A stretch of DNA of 64,000 bases from an uncultured Gammaproteobacteria bacterium (GCA_964457465.1 CAYWEJ010000002.1:15-64014), one strand, 5' to 3'. Positions 1-9,634 are shown, counted from the stretch's first letter. A program made the numbers and translations. The notes: generated from the sequence alone by a model not told the origin.

Positions 1-384
1 CCAGATCGATTTTGCTTCGTTGATCAGAATTTGATTGCGAACAACGGATACCTTAGTGCAGAGCTTGATGCAGACTGGTTCGCCTGTGATCAGATGTACT
101 GCCTTGTAGGTGGGGCCAAAGCCGCCATCAGCAATTTTTTCAAGAATTTGATATCCTCCGACAACCATGTTGTCTTTTCGATCTCTCTCTCGCATATAGC
201 GAGCGAGTTTATCTGGATCACTAATGACTTCGTATGCCGTATTGATTTGTACGAGGACTTCAGGATCACCACCTTTGTCAGGGTGGTACTTTTTTGCCAA
301 ACCTCTCCATGCTCCCTCGATGGCAGCAGGATCAGCATTGGGTAAAACGCCAAGAATCTGAAATGGATCAGCAGTGCTTGTCAC
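1..384 (-). CDS. J-domain / Ser-Thr protein kinase fusion, N-terminal 128 codons only (runs off window; absent from ORF track)
   Basis: Manual translation from GTG at 384 (AAGGAG 6 nt upstream): MTSTADPFQILGV...WRGLAKKYHPDKGGDPEVLVQINTAYEVISDP (J domain, HPD) then GGYQILEKIADGGFGPTYKAVHLITGEPVCIK...NE (kinase subdomains I-III). Confidence 0.88.
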   Translation of the reverse strand, partial: MTSTADPFQILGVLPNADPAAIEGAWRGLAKKYHPDKGGDPEVLVQINTAYEVISDPDKLARYMRERDRKDNMVVGGYQILEKIADGGFGPTYKAVHLITGEPVCIKLCTKVSVVRNQILINEAKSIW

Positions 385-691
385 CAATTTCTCCTTTCTT
401 AAGTCTTTCTGCCAGTAGGCAGCATCTTATCTACTATTAGTAATAAATAGGATGCCACCTGCTGACATGATTTTTCGGTACTTTGTTAAAGAACGAAAAA
501 TTTCTTATTTCAGATAAAAATTATCGGAATGAAATTCGTTCGGTATTATAACACAAAAATTCCTATAGTAGTTTTTGTTTGTTCTTGTTATGTATATTGA
601 TGGTTGTATTTTATTCATACAATTTTTTGACGCTAGATAATTTTTTAAAACTTAGCCTCAAAGGAATATGAAATCACTCTTGAAAAGGGTA

Positions 692-720
692 TTGACGCTC
701 GTGGGGAAATGTAGTATCAT
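692..720 (+). promoter_or_regulatory. sigma70-type promoter of tuf
   Basis: TTGACG-N17-TATCAT. Confidence 0.7.
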
Positions 721-726
721 ACACAT

Positions 727-758
727 AATCTCATTGAAAGAAATGAGGTTCTTTTTTT
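727..758 (+). terminator. terminator-like hairpin in tuf 5' leader
   Basis: AATCTCATT-gaaaga-AATGAGGTT followed by CTTTTTTT. Confidence 0.5.
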
Positions 759-776
759 CTTTAGGACTAAAAACAT

Positions 777-1955
777 ATGGCAACATTTAATCGCAACAAA
801 CCACATATCAATATCGGAACGATCGGCCACGTCGATCACGGTAAAACAACAACAACTGCTGCTATTGCAACAGTACTTGCTAAAAAGGGCATGGCTGAAG
901 CAAAGAAGTATGAAGATATTGATAACGCCCCAGAAGAGAAAGCTCGTGGAGTCACCATTAATATTTCTCACATTGAATACGAGACAGAAAAAAGACATTA
1001 TGCTCACATCGATGCTCCGGGTCATGCAGACTACATCAAAAACATGATTACTGGTGCAGCTCAGATGGACGGAGCAATCCTAGTTGTTTCAGCTCCTGAT
1101 GGTCCAATGCCTCAAACACGAGAACACATCCTTCTTGCATATCAGGTTGGCGTTCCAGCAATCGTTGTATATCTTAATAAGTGCGACATGGTTCAGGATG
1201 AAGAGCTTCTTGACCTTGTTGAAATGGAAATTCGCGAACTTCTTACTAAATACAAATACCCAGGTGACACAACTCCTATTATTCGAGGATCATCTCTTAA
1301 AGCTCTTGAAGGAGATGCAGCTTATGAAGATAAGATCATGGAGCTTATGAATACCGTTGATGAATATATTTCAACACCAACTCGAGATCTTGATAAGCCA
1401 TTCTTGATGCCTGTTGAGGACGTTTTCTCAATCAAGGGTCGAGGAACTGTTGTTACAGGAAGAGTTGAGCGTGGAGTTGTTAAAGTTAACGAACCTATTG
1501 AGATTGTTGGTATGAAAGCTACAACGCAGAGTGTTGTTACTGGAGTTGAGATGTTTAGAAAGCAGCTTGATCAAGGCCAGGCAGGAGACAATGTTGGTCT
1601 TCTTCTTCGAGGCGTTGAAAAAGATGATGTAGAGCGTGGACAAGTTCTTGCAAAACCAGGGTCAATTACTCCTCATACTGATTTTGAAGCAGAAGCATAC
1701 ATTCTTACTAAAGAAGAAGGCGGACGACACACACCATTCTTCAAAGGATATAGACCTCAGTTCTACATCAGAACAACTGATGTAACTGGTGAGACAGTAC
1801 TCCCAGATGGCGTAGAGATGGTTATGCCTGGAGACAGCACAAAAATGACAGTAAAACTTATTGTACCTGTAGCCCTTGAAGAAGGACTTCGATTTGCTAT
1901 CCGCGAAGGCGGAAGAACAGTCGGAGCAGGTGTAATTACTAAGATACTTAAATAA
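777..1955 (+). CDS. tuf: elongation factor Tu
   Basis: [21 protein letters not shown] motifs; [14 protein letters not shown]-terminus. Confidence 0.99.
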   Translation: MATFNRNKPHINIGTIGHVDHGKTTTTAAIATVLAKKGMAEAKKYEDIDNAPEEKARGVTINISHIEYETEKRHYAHIDAPGHADYIKNMITGAAQMDGAILVVSAPDGPMPQTREHILLAYQVGVPAIVVYLNKCDMVQDEELLDLVEMEIRELLTKYKYPGDTTPIIRGSSLKALEGDAAYEDKIMELMNTVDEYISTPTRDLDKPFLMPVEDVFSIKGRGTVVTGRVERGVVKVNEPIEIVGMKATTQSVVTGVEMFRKQLDQGQAGDNVGLLLRGVEKDDVERGQVLAKPGSITPHTDFEAEAYILTKEEGGRHTPFFKGYRPQFYIRTTDVTGETVLPDGVEMVMPGDSTKMTVKLIVPVALEEGLRFAIREGGRTVGAGVITKILK

Positions 1956-1985
1956 GTTGCACATTGACTGTCTGTATGGAGGTAT

Positions 1986-2294
1986 ATGCCAAAAGGAAGA
2001 ATTCGCGTTCGATTAAAAAGTTACGATGCACGAGTCATTGACTCATGTTGTCAGCAAATTTTAGATACGGCAATTAGGACCGGAGCTAAGATTGTTGGTC
2101 CCGTACCTCTTCCATCGCAGCGAAGCGTTTATGTTGTTAACAAATCCCCATTTGTTGATAAAAATGCTCGAGACCACTTTCAGATAAAGGTTCATAAGCG
2201 TTTGGTAGATATTATCTCTCCAACTGACAAAACAATAGACAGCCTAACTCATCTAGAGTTACCAGCAGGTGTAGATGTTGAGATTAAGATGTAG
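1986..2294 (+). CDS. rpsJ: 30S ribosomal protein S10
   Basis: IRVRLKSYD, GPVPLP, LPAGVDVEIK. Confidence 0.99.
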   Translation: MPKGRIRVRLKSYDARVIDSCCQQILDTAIRTGAKIVGPVPLPSQRSVYVVNKSPFVDKNARDHFQIKVHKRLVDIISPTDKTIDSLTHLELPAGVDVEIKM

Positions 2295-2390
2295 TTTCTA
2301 CACAACTAAGAATCGCATGCCCAAATCAAGAATAATTAAATATGAGGTAAACAAAGCCTAAACGAGGCTCAAATGATAAAATGAGTAGAG

Positions 2391-2415
2391 GTAGCCTAGG
2401 GGCTACTTTTTTTTT
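2391..2415 (+). terminator. intrinsic terminator-like hairpin directly upstream of rplC
   Basis: GTAGCC-TAGG-GGCTAC plus 9 T. Confidence 0.7.
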
Positions 2416-2421
2416 GAGAAT

Positions 2422-3264
2422 ATGAATACATTATTAGGTACAAAAACACAACAAATGCAAGGATTTCTAGAAAACGGAACACGCGTCCCGCTTACGCTTG
2501 TTGTGGCTTCAGAAAACGTGATAATTTCGCAGAAGACCACTGACAAGGAAAAATATAACGCAATAACACTGGGCTTTGGTAAAACAAAAAAATCAACCAA
2601 AGCTCTTTTTGGTCAAGCAAAGAAAGCAGGGCTTTCCTACGCTCCAAGATCTCTCAAAGAGGTAAAAGTAGATGATGTAAGTAGTTTTGAAGCTGGAAAG
2701 GTAGTAGCGGTGGATGAAGTATTTAAGCCTGGAGATATCGTAGATGTACAAGGCACTTCAAAAGGAAAAGGATTTGCTGGGGGAGTAAAGCGATACAACT
2801 TCCGAGGTGGTCCAAAAACACACGGACAATCTGATAGACATCGCGCTCCAGGATCAATTGGGTCAGGTACTACACCAGGAAGAGTGTATAAAGGTAAAAG
2901 AATGGCAGGAAACATGGGAAATGACACTGTTACTGTTAAAAATCTCGTTGTTATCGATGTTGATACTGCAAAAAGCACCCTTCTTATCAAAGGGCTTGTT
3001 CCAGGAATCATCGGCGGAACAGTGGTTGTGACTAAGGTTGGCGAAGTAAAAGAGAAAAATTTTGTTCCTCTTTATAAAGCAACTTCAGAAACTCCAACAG
3101 ACGAGGCTTCAGTTGAAGAAGTGCAAGAGCAGGTTGAACCTCAAGAAGTAGTTGCTGAAGCGGCTGCTGTAGAAGAGGCAAAGGTAGAAGAAGTCGCAGT
3201 TGAAGAGTCTCCAAAAGAAGAAGAACAAAAAGCAGAAGAGGTAAAGGAGGAAAACAATGGATAA
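2422..3264 (+). CDS. rplC: 50S ribosomal protein L3 (acidic C-terminal extension)
   Basis: SKGKGFAG, HRAPGSIG, KRMAGNMG; operon position. Confidence 0.98.
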   Translation: MNTLLGTKTQQMQGFLENGTRVPLTLVVASENVIISQKTTDKEKYNAITLGFGKTKKSTKALFGQAKKAGLSYAPRSLKEVKVDDVSSFEAGKVVAVDEVFKPGDIVDVQGTSKGKGFAGGVKRYNFRGGPKTHGQSDRHRAPGSIGSGTTPGRVYKGKRMAGNMGNDTVTVKNLVVIDVDTAKSTLLIKGLVPGIIGGTVVVTKVGEVKEKNFVPLYKATSETPTDEASVEEVQEQVEPQEVVAEAAAVEEAKVEEVAVEESPKEEEQKAEEVKEENNG

Positions 3265-4003
3265 AGCACAAACAAAAAAAGTAACTAAAGCCAAAAAGAC
3301 AACTGAAGTGGTAAAGAGCACTGTCAAAACAGTAACACCATCAGCAAAAGGTCTCAGTGTTGATACTTTTGATATTGCAGGTAAAGTAATTGGCAAAACA
3401 GAGCTTCCAAAGGAGATTTTTGGAGCAAAGGTAAATCCAGCTCTTATGACTCAGGCAGTTCGTGTCTATCTAGCAAATCAGCGCTTGGGAACACAGTCTA
3501 CTAAAACTCGAGGAGAGGTCACTGGTTCGACAAGAAAAATTTATCGTCAAAAAGGTACAGGTAGAGCTCGTCACGGTGGTATAACTGCTCCAATTTTTGT
3601 TGGAGGAGGAGTTGCACTTGGTCCAAAACCACGAAGTCACGCTATGGATTTGCCTCAGAAGATGCGAAGAAGCGCGCTTTCGTCAGCACTTTCAAGCAAG
3701 CTTTCAAGCGATAGTGTCAGAATTGTTGACGGCTATGAAAAATTGCCTCTTAAGACAAAAGGATTTGTTACAGCATTGACAAAATTGGGTATTGAAGAGA
3801 AGAAGCGAAAGGTGCTTTTGGTGCTTCCAGGAAAGCTTGAGAACGTACAGAAAGCATCACGAAATGTTGAGGGAGTTCATTTTATTCTGGCTAACCAGCT
3901 TAATACGTATGAAGTTCTTAACAGTCGATCAATTGTTATTTTGAAATCTGCTATCGATACCATTGAAAAAACCTTTATACCAAAGAAAGGAGAGACAGTA
4001 TGA
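3257..4003 (+). CDS. rplD: 50S ribosomal protein L4
   Basis: TKTRGEV, RQKGTGRARHG, GGGVALGPKPR. Confidence 0.98.
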   Translation: MDKAQTKKVTKAKKTTEVVKSTVKTVTPSAKGLSVDTFDIAGKVIGKTELPKEIFGAKVNPALMTQAVRVYLANQRLGTQSTKTRGEVTGSTRKIYRQKGTGRARHGGITAPIFVGGGVALGPKPRSHAMDLPQKMRRSALSSALSSKLSSDSVRIVDGYEKLPLKTKGFVTALTKLGIEEKKRKVLLVLPGKLENVQKASRNVEGVHFILANQLNTYEVLNSRSIVILKSAIDTIEKTFIPKKGETV

Positions 4004-4287
4004 GGCATATTCTTATCTCCCCAATTATAACTGAGAGATCTATGGCGATGGTGAAGAGAGGTAAATTTTCTTTTCTTGTTTCGTCTCAGGCGGACAAGGA
4101 GGCTATTAAAAAAGCTGTAAATAGTACCTTTGGTGTAGATGTGACTTCGATTGAGACATCAGTGCAAAAAGGAAAAACAAAAAGAGTTGGTATGAGAAGA
4201 GCTGAAAAAAGTCTTCAGGCGACAAAAAAGGCAGTTGTCTCACTAAAAGAGGGGCAAAAAATTGACATTTTTGATCTTGGAGTATAA
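4000..4287 (+). CDS. rplW: 50S ribosomal protein L23
   Basis: PIITERS, KKAVVSL; position. Confidence 0.96.
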   Translation: MRHILISPIITERSMAMVKRGKFSFLVSSQADKEAIKKAVNSTFGVDVTSIETSVQKGKTKRVGMRRAEKSLQATKKAVVSLKEGQKIDIFDLGV

Positions 4288-4319
4288 GATTGTGCCTTCT
4301 GTTTTGAAGGAGAAGAAAT

Positions 4320-5060
4320 ATGAGACATTTATTACAAATTAAAAAGAAACATTCAGGAAGAGGCTCATCAGGCCAGGTTGTTGTCCGTCATCAAGGTGGT
4401 CAGCACAAAAGATACCTCCGTTTGATCGACTTTAAACGAGATAAGACTAATATTGAAGGTAAAGTTGTGGCAATTGAGTACGATCCAAACAGAACATGTG
4501 ACATTGCGCTTGTTCAATATACAGACGGCGAGAAGCGTTTTATTCTTGCTCCTGAAGGGTTAAAAGTTGGAGCTAAGATTAAAGCTGGTCCGAAAGCAGA
4601 TATTAAGCTTGGAAATGCACTTCCAATGGAAAGAATGCCCTTGGGTACGGTTGTTCATAATGTCGAGCTTACGCCTGGAAAAGGTGGGCAGCTCGCAAGA
4701 GGCGCTGGAGCTGCTGCTATGATTACAGCTCGTGAGGCAGGGTTTATTCATTTAAAGATGCCCTCAGGAGAGTTGCGTCGGGTATCTGAGAAAGGGTTTG
4801 CAACTGTAGGGCAAGTAGGTAATATTGACTGGAAAAATGAAATTATTGGAAAAGCAGGTAGATCTCGACATATGGGTATCAGGCCATCAGTTCGAGGAGT
4901 TGCGATGAATCCACGATCCCACCCTCATGGAGGAGGAGAAGGAAGATCTGGTATTGGTATGCCGAGCCCAAAAACATATGCTGGACGAAAAGCTGTTGGA
5001 AAGACACGAAGACCAAATAAATATTCAGATAAATATATTTTGCAAAGGAGAAAGAAATAA
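4320..5060 (+). CDS. rplB: 50S ribosomal protein L2 (N-terminally short)
   Basis: [34 protein letters not shown]. Confidence 0.98.
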   Translation: MRHLLQIKKKHSGRGSSGQVVVRHQGGQHKRYLRLIDFKRDKTNIEGKVVAIEYDPNRTCDIALVQYTDGEKRFILAPEGLKVGAKIKAGPKADIKLGNALPMERMPLGTVVHNVELTPGKGGQLARGAGAAAMITAREAGFIHLKMPSGELRRVSEKGFATVGQVGNIDWKNEIIGKAGRSRHMGIRPSVRGVAMNPRSHPHGGGEGRSGIGMPSPKTYAGRKAVGKTRRPNKYSDKYILQRRKK

Positions 5061-5062
5061 TT

Positions 5063-5347
5063 ATGGCACGATCACTTAAAAAAGGTCCATTATTGGACGA
5101 AAAATTATTTAAAAAAGTTATGGCTCAAAAAGACGGTGGACAAAAAACCGCTATCAAAACCTGGTCACGAGCTTGTCAAATCCCACCAGAGTTTGTTGGA
5201 CATACCTTTGCAGTTCATAACGGAAGAATCTTTGTCAGTGTTCTTGTTAGCGAATCAATGGTAGGCCATAGGCTTGGCGAGTTTGCTCCAACAAGAACAT
5301 TTAGAGGTCATGGACGAGTTGTGGCTCGAGAGATCTCAAAGACATAA
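5063..5347 (+). CDS. rpsS: 30S ribosomal protein S19
   Basis: [25 protein letters not shown]. Confidence 0.98.
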   Translation: MARSLKKGPLLDEKLFKKVMAQKDGGQKTAIKTWSRACQIPPEFVGHTFAVHNGRIFVSVLVSESMVGHRLGEFAPTRTFRGHGRVVAREISKT

Positions 5348-5357
5348 TGATATAACT

Positions 5358-5696
5358 ATGAAAATAACAGCAACATCAAATCAAGTTAGAATTAGTCCAA
5401 GAAAAGTAAGATTGGTAGCAGATAGTATTCGCAGTCTTTCTTTAGAAGATGCCTTTGCATCATTAAGCGTTACTAGAAAGCGTGGAGCTAGTATTCTTGA
5501 AAAAACTTTAGCAAGCGCAGTTGCAAACGCAGTAAATAACGCAAAGCTACAGAGAGAAAGTCTCCATATTGCTGAGATCGTTGTTAGTGAAGGACCAGCT
5601 TTGAAAAGATATCATGCATCAACAAGGGGAAGAATTCATCCGTATAAAAAGAGAAGTAGTAACGTAAAAATTGTATTAGAGGAGGTTAAAAAATAA
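5358..5696 (+). CDS. rplV: 50S ribosomal protein L22
   Basis: RISPRKVRLVAD, SAVANAVNN; start moved to ATG 5358. Confidence 0.97.
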   Translation: MKITATSNQVRISPRKVRLVADSIRSLSLEDAFASLSVTRKRGASILEKTLASAVANAVNNAKLQRESLHIAEIVVSEGPALKRYHASTRGRIHPYKKRSSNVKIVLEEVKK

Positions 5697-6346
5697 TGGG
5701 ACAAAAAGTAAATCCGCATCTTATTAGACTTAAAACTGTTCATGACTGGAGTAGTCGATGGTTTAATGAAAAAAACTATAAAGAGGTATTGCTTGAAGAC
5801 TATGCTCTCAGAACGCTTTTGATGGATAAGCTTAAGCTGGCTGGTATCAGTCTTGTTGAGATTGAGAGATCAATTAACAATGTAAAAATAATCGTGCACG
5901 TTGCTCGTCCAGGAATTGTAATTGGCCGAGGCGGTTCAGGAATCGAGGAGCTTAAAAAAATGCTTCAACAGTTCTTTATTAAACAGGGAAAAACTGGTAA
6001 AATGATGCCTCGATTTGACCTTCGAGTCGAACAGGTAAAAGATCCAAATCTCAATTCATACCTTGTCGCGAAGAATATCTCAGAGGGACTTATTAGAAGA
6101 CTCTCTTTCAAGAGGGTCTTAGCGCAGACTGCAGATAGAGTTATGAATTCAGGAGCGTTAGGCGTGCGAGTAGTGTTATCAGGAAGAATTAATGGTTCTG
6201 AGATCGGACGAAGAGAGAAGATTCAGGTTGGTACCGTGCCATTGTCAACAATTAGAGCAAACATTGATTATGCAGAGTACCCAGCTCTTACAAAGAAAGG
6301 GTATATCGGAGTCAAGGTCTGGATTAATAGACCAGAGGAGAAATAA
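5696..6346 (+). CDS. rpsC: 30S ribosomal protein S3
   Basis: [23 protein letters not shown]. Confidence 0.98.
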   Translation: MGQKVNPHLIRLKTVHDWSSRWFNEKNYKEVLLEDYALRTLLMDKLKLAGISLVEIERSINNVKIIVHVARPGIVIGRGGSGIEELKKMLQQFFIKQGKTGKMMPRFDLRVEQVKDPNLNSYLVAKNISEGLIRRLSFKRVLAQTADRVMNSGALGVRVVLSGRINGSEIGRREKIQVGTVPLSTIRANIDYAEYPALTKKGYIGVKVWINRPEEK

Positions 6347-6348
6347 CT

Positions 6349-6762
6349 ATGTTAGTACCAAGAAGAGTTAAGTACCGAAAACAAATGAGAGGCAGGATGA
6401 AGGGGGATGCTTATCGTGGCACAACGCTTGCCTTTGGTGAGTTTGGCTTGGTTACTGAGTCACAAGGATGGATTTCAAGTAGACAAATAGAGTCAGCTCG
6501 ACGTGCTATCGCTCATTATACGCAACGTGGTGGAAGGACATGGATCAGAATTTTTCCAGATAAGCCTGTTACTAAAAAGCCGCCAGAGGTCCGAATGGGC
6601 GGAGGAAAGGGAGATGTCGAAGAGCATGTGGCGCCTGTATTACCAGGAAGAGTACTTTTTGAAATGGCAGGAGTGACTGGTGATATTGCTCAGGAAGCTT
6701 TGCGTTTGGCATCACACAAATTGCCAGTAAAAACAAAGTTTATTAGTAAAAAAGGAAGATAA
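6349..6762 (+). CDS. rplP: 50S ribosomal protein L16
   Basis: [24 protein letters not shown]. Confidence 0.98.
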   Translation: MLVPRRVKYRKQMRGRMKGDAYRGTTLAFGEFGLVTESQGWISSRQIESARRAIAHYTQRGGRTWIRIFPDKPVTKKPPEVRMGGGKGDVEEHVAPVLPGRVLFEMAGVTGDIAQEALRLASHKLPVKTKFISKKGR

Positions 6763-6764
6763 CT

Positions 6765-6980
6765 ATGAAATTAAAAGTAAAACAAGAAATAAGAAATAGT
6801 TCAATTGACGAGTTACAGAAAAAAATTGCTGAAGCAAGAAAAAGTCTTTCTGGGGCAACTCTTGATCATAAGCAATTTAAGTTGAAAAATGTTAGATCGT
6901 TAACTCATATGAGAAAAGAAATAGCAGTAATGCTTACCATCTTGAAAGAAAAGGAGACGCAACATGGCGAAAACGCTTAA
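6765..6980 (+). CDS. rpmC: 50S ribosomal protein L29
   Basis: size, position, RKEIAVMLTIL helix. Confidence 0.9.
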   Translation: MKLKVKQEIRNSSIDELQKKIAEARKSLSGATLDHKQFKLKNVRSLTHMRKEIAVMLTILKEKETQHGENA

Positions 6981-7221
6981 GGGATTTGTTACATCAGTTG
7001 GTATGAAAAATACAGCAGTTGTTGAGGTATTTCGACAAGTGCCTCATCCTTTGTACAAAAAATTATTAAAACGAAGTAAAAAGTACAAGATTGAAACAGG
7101 CGATGCTTCACTTTCAGTTGGTGACTTTGTAGCAATTGAAGAAACAAAGCCACTATCAAAGGATAAGTATTTTAAGTTTGCTTCAGTAATTACTAGTGTA
7201 AAGGAGGCAAAACACGAATGA
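6964..7221 (+). CDS. rpsQ: 30S ribosomal protein S17
   Basis: [22 protein letters not shown]. Confidence 0.97.
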   Translation: MAKTLKGFVTSVGMKNTAVVEVFRQVPHPLYKKLLKRSKKYKIETGDASLSVGDFVAIEETKPLSKDKYFKFASVITSVKEAKHE

Positions 7222-7592
7222 TTCAACATAGAACAATGCTATCCGTAGCTGATAATTCAGGAGCAAAAATTATTCAAGTGATCCATATTTTTGGTGGATC
7301 TACAAGACGAAAAGGGACAATTGGATCTGTTGTGAACGCTGTTGTGAAGCAGGCTGCTCCTCATGGAAACGTAAAAGAGGGAGAAATTGTGAAGGCAGTT
7401 ATTGTGAGGACACGAAAAGAATATGGTAGAAATGACGGTTCTTACATACGGTTTACTGATAATGCTGGAGTACTCATTGATTCACTTAAGGATAAGAATC
7501 CAAGAGGTACCCGTATCTTTGGTCCGATTGCTCGCGAAGTTAAAGATCTTGGTTTTAATAAAATTGCCAGTATGGCAGTGGAGGTTATTTAA
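7218..7592 (+). CDS. rplN: 50S ribosomal protein L14
   Basis: [19 protein letters not shown]. Confidence 0.98.
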   Translation: MIQHRTMLSVADNSGAKIIQVIHIFGGSTRRKGTIGSVVNAVVKQAAPHGNVKEGEIVKAVIVRTRKEYGRNDGSYIRFTDNAGVLIDSLKDKNPRGTRIFGPIAREVKDLGFNKIASMAVEVI

Positions 7593-7601
7593 GGAGAATA
7601 T

Positions 7602-7907
7602 ATGAAATTGCATAAAAACGATTTAGTTATAGTAACAGCAGGAAAAGAAAAAGGAAAAACAGGAAAAGTTGAGAAGATTTTTGCTTCAGATTCAAAGGTT
7701 TTGGTCGAAGGACTTAATCTATACAAAAGACATATTAAAGCTAGAGCGCAAGGACAGAAGTCAGAAATTGTAACTATCTCAAAGCCTCTTTCAGTGGGCA
7801 ATGTTGCATTAGTTTGCCCAAAATGCAAGAAGCAGACTAGAGTGGCTTATCAAGTTACTAAAGATACAAAACAAAGAATTTGTAGTAAATGTAAAGGAGA
7901 AATTTAA
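7602..7907 (+). CDS. rplX: 50S ribosomal protein L24
   Basis: KOW motif AGKEKGKTG, VLVEGLN. Confidence 0.97.
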   Translation: MKLHKNDLVIVTAGKEKGKTGKVEKIFASDSKVLVEGLNLYKRHIKARAQGQKSEIVTISKPLSVGNVALVCPKCKKQTRVAYQVTKDTKQRICSKCKGEI

Positions 7908-7909
7908 CT

Positions 7910-8461
7910 ATGGATAACTTACAAATAAGATATACAAAAACAATTAAGCAAGACCTTCAGAAGTCGTTAGGCATTAAAAATCCTATGGCAACACCTCATT
8001 TGGTTAAGATCGTCGTAAATATGGGTGTAAAAGATGCTGTGGCTGATAAAAAGAATGTTGAAAAAGCTGGCAACGCACTTTCTCAGATAACTGGTCAAAA
8101 AGCTCGTGTTGCAAAGGCAAAAAAATCTATCGCGTCATTTAAGCTTCGTGAAGGAGAACCAATTGGCGTTATGGTAACACTTCGTGGAAAAAGAATGTAT
8201 GACTTTTTTGAAAAATTGAATTCGATTGTTCTTCCACGTATTAAAGATTTTCATGGAATTCGAAGAAGTAGTTTTGATGGACTAGGAAACTATACGCTTG
8301 GTCTTTCGGAATATACAGTTTTTCCTGAGATTGATCCATCAACGGTTGATAAAGTCCAAGGTCTTGAGATCGTCATAGTAACTTCTGCTGGAAATGATCA
8401 AAATGCATTAGCACTACTGGAGTCATTAGGGGCTCCATTTGAGAAAGGAGCATCACTGTAA
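7910..8461 (+). CDS. rplE: 50S ribosomal protein L5
   Basis: KIVVNMGV, FKLREGEPIG, LPRIKDF. Confidence 0.98.
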   Translation: MDNLQIRYTKTIKQDLQKSLGIKNPMATPHLVKIVVNMGVKDAVADKKNVEKAGNALSQITGQKARVAKAKKSIASFKLREGEPIGVMVTLRGKRMYDFFEKLNSIVLPRIKDFHGIRRSSFDGLGNYTLGLSEYTVFPEIDPSTVDKVQGLEIVIVTSAGNDQNALALLESLGAPFEKGASL

Positions 8462-8463
8462 GC

Positions 8464-8492
8464 TTGTTTTCTGAGGCTAAAACACTTATAAT
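8464..8492 (+). promoter_or_regulatory. internal promoter upstream of rpsN
   Basis: TTGTTT-N17-TATAAT, 8 nt before ATG. Confidence 0.55.
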
Positions 8493-8500
8493 GAGAGGCT

Positions 8501-8686
8501 ATGGCAAAAACATCTGATATCGTAAAATTTCAAAAGAAACAAAAGTTTGACGTTCGACACGTTAATCGATGTGCACTTTGTGGAAGATCAAGAGCATATC
8601 TTAGACGATTTGGACTTTGTAGGCTCTGTTTTAGAGAGAGAGCGCAGAAAGGAGAACTTCCAGGAGTCGTAAAAGCGAGTTGGTAA
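8501..8686 (+). CDS. rpsN: 30S ribosomal protein S14, zinc-binding type
   Basis: RCALCGR...LCRLCFRE...LPGVVKASW. Confidence 0.98.
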   Translation: MAKTSDIVKFQKKQKFDVRHVNRCALCGRSRAYLRRFGLCRLCFRERAQKGELPGVVKASW

Positions 8687-8693
8687 GTAAGAT

Positions 8694-9083
8694 ATGTATA
8701 GCGTAGCAGATTTTGTTATTAGAGTTAAAAATGCATCATATGCGCATCGTAAGGAAGTTGTCATGCCATATTCAAAGATCGTAAAAGCAATTGCGAAGCT
8801 TTTGGTGAAAGAAGGATTTCTTGCTGATGTTCGTGATGCTGAGCAAGACGGAAAAAAGACAGTTAATGTTGGTATCCGCTATGTTCGTCGAAAACCTGTT
8901 GTAAGCGAGGTAGAAATTTTATCAAAGCCATCTCTCCGTTTGTATTTTTCTAGTAGTGAGCTCAAAAATGAACAACGAAAGAAATCCCTTACTATGGTTG
9001 TTTCAACAAGTCAGGGAATTATGACTGCAAAAGAAGCGTTGAAGAAAGGACTTGGAGGAGAACTTCTCTTCAAGATTGGATAA
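8694..9083 (+). CDS. rpsH: 30S ribosomal protein S8
   Basis: SKPSLRLY, STSQGIMT, GLGGELL. Confidence 0.97.
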   Translation: MYSVADFVIRVKNASYAHRKEVVMPYSKIVKAIAKLLVKEGFLADVRDAEQDGKKTVNVGIRYVRRKPVVSEVEILSKPSLRLYFSSSELKNEQRKKSLTMVVSTSQGIMTAKEALKKGLGGELLFKIG

Positions 9084-9084
9084 T

Positions 9085-9633
9085 ATGTCAAAAATTGGAA
9101 AATTACCTATTAGTATTGCAGAAGGAGTAACTGTTACTATCGATGGCAATAGTGTTAAGGCAACTGGTCTTAAAGGAGAAGCGTCATACGCGCTTCCAAG
9201 CGATGTAATTGCAAAGCAAGATGAGGGCCTAATTGTCATTGAACCAAAAGATATGGATACTGTTTCATATGCTCTTTGGGGTCTAGCGCGAGCTCAGGTT
9301 GCTAATCTAGTAGAAGGAGTTTCAAAAGGATTTGAGAAAAAGTTAGAACTACAAGGGGTAGGATATAGAGCTCAAATGCAGGGCAATGATTTGGTACTAA
9401 GTCTTGGATTTTCTCATCCGGTAAAATTTGTTCCAAAAGATGGAATAAAGATTGCTGTTGCTGAGAACATCATCAGTATTTCTGGAGTTGATAAGATGCT
9501 TGTTGGTGAGACTGCTGCCAAGATCAGGGCAGTAAAAGAGCCAGAGCCATATAAAGGCAAAGGAATTCGTTATGTAGGAGAACAGGTTCGAAGAAAAGCA
9601 GGTAAAGCAGCAAAAGCTGTTGGAGCAAAATAA
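9085..9633 (+). CDS. rplF: 50S ribosomal protein L6
   Basis: MSKIGKLPI, PEPYKGKGIRY; start moved to 9085. Confidence 0.98.
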   Translation: MSKIGKLPISIAEGVTVTIDGNSVKATGLKGEASYALPSDVIAKQDEGLIVIEPKDMDTVSYALWGLARAQVANLVEGVSKGFEKKLELQGVGYRAQMQGNDLVLSLGFSHPVKFVPKDGIKIAVAENIISISGVDKMLVGETAAKIRAVKEPEPYKGKGIRYVGEQVRRKAGKAAKAVGAK

Positions 9634-9634
9634 C

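Noticed and set aside
31-353. ORF-track calls 31..345 (+) and 90..353 (-)
   Set aside because: Shadow frames of the J-domain/kinase gene in another minus frame.
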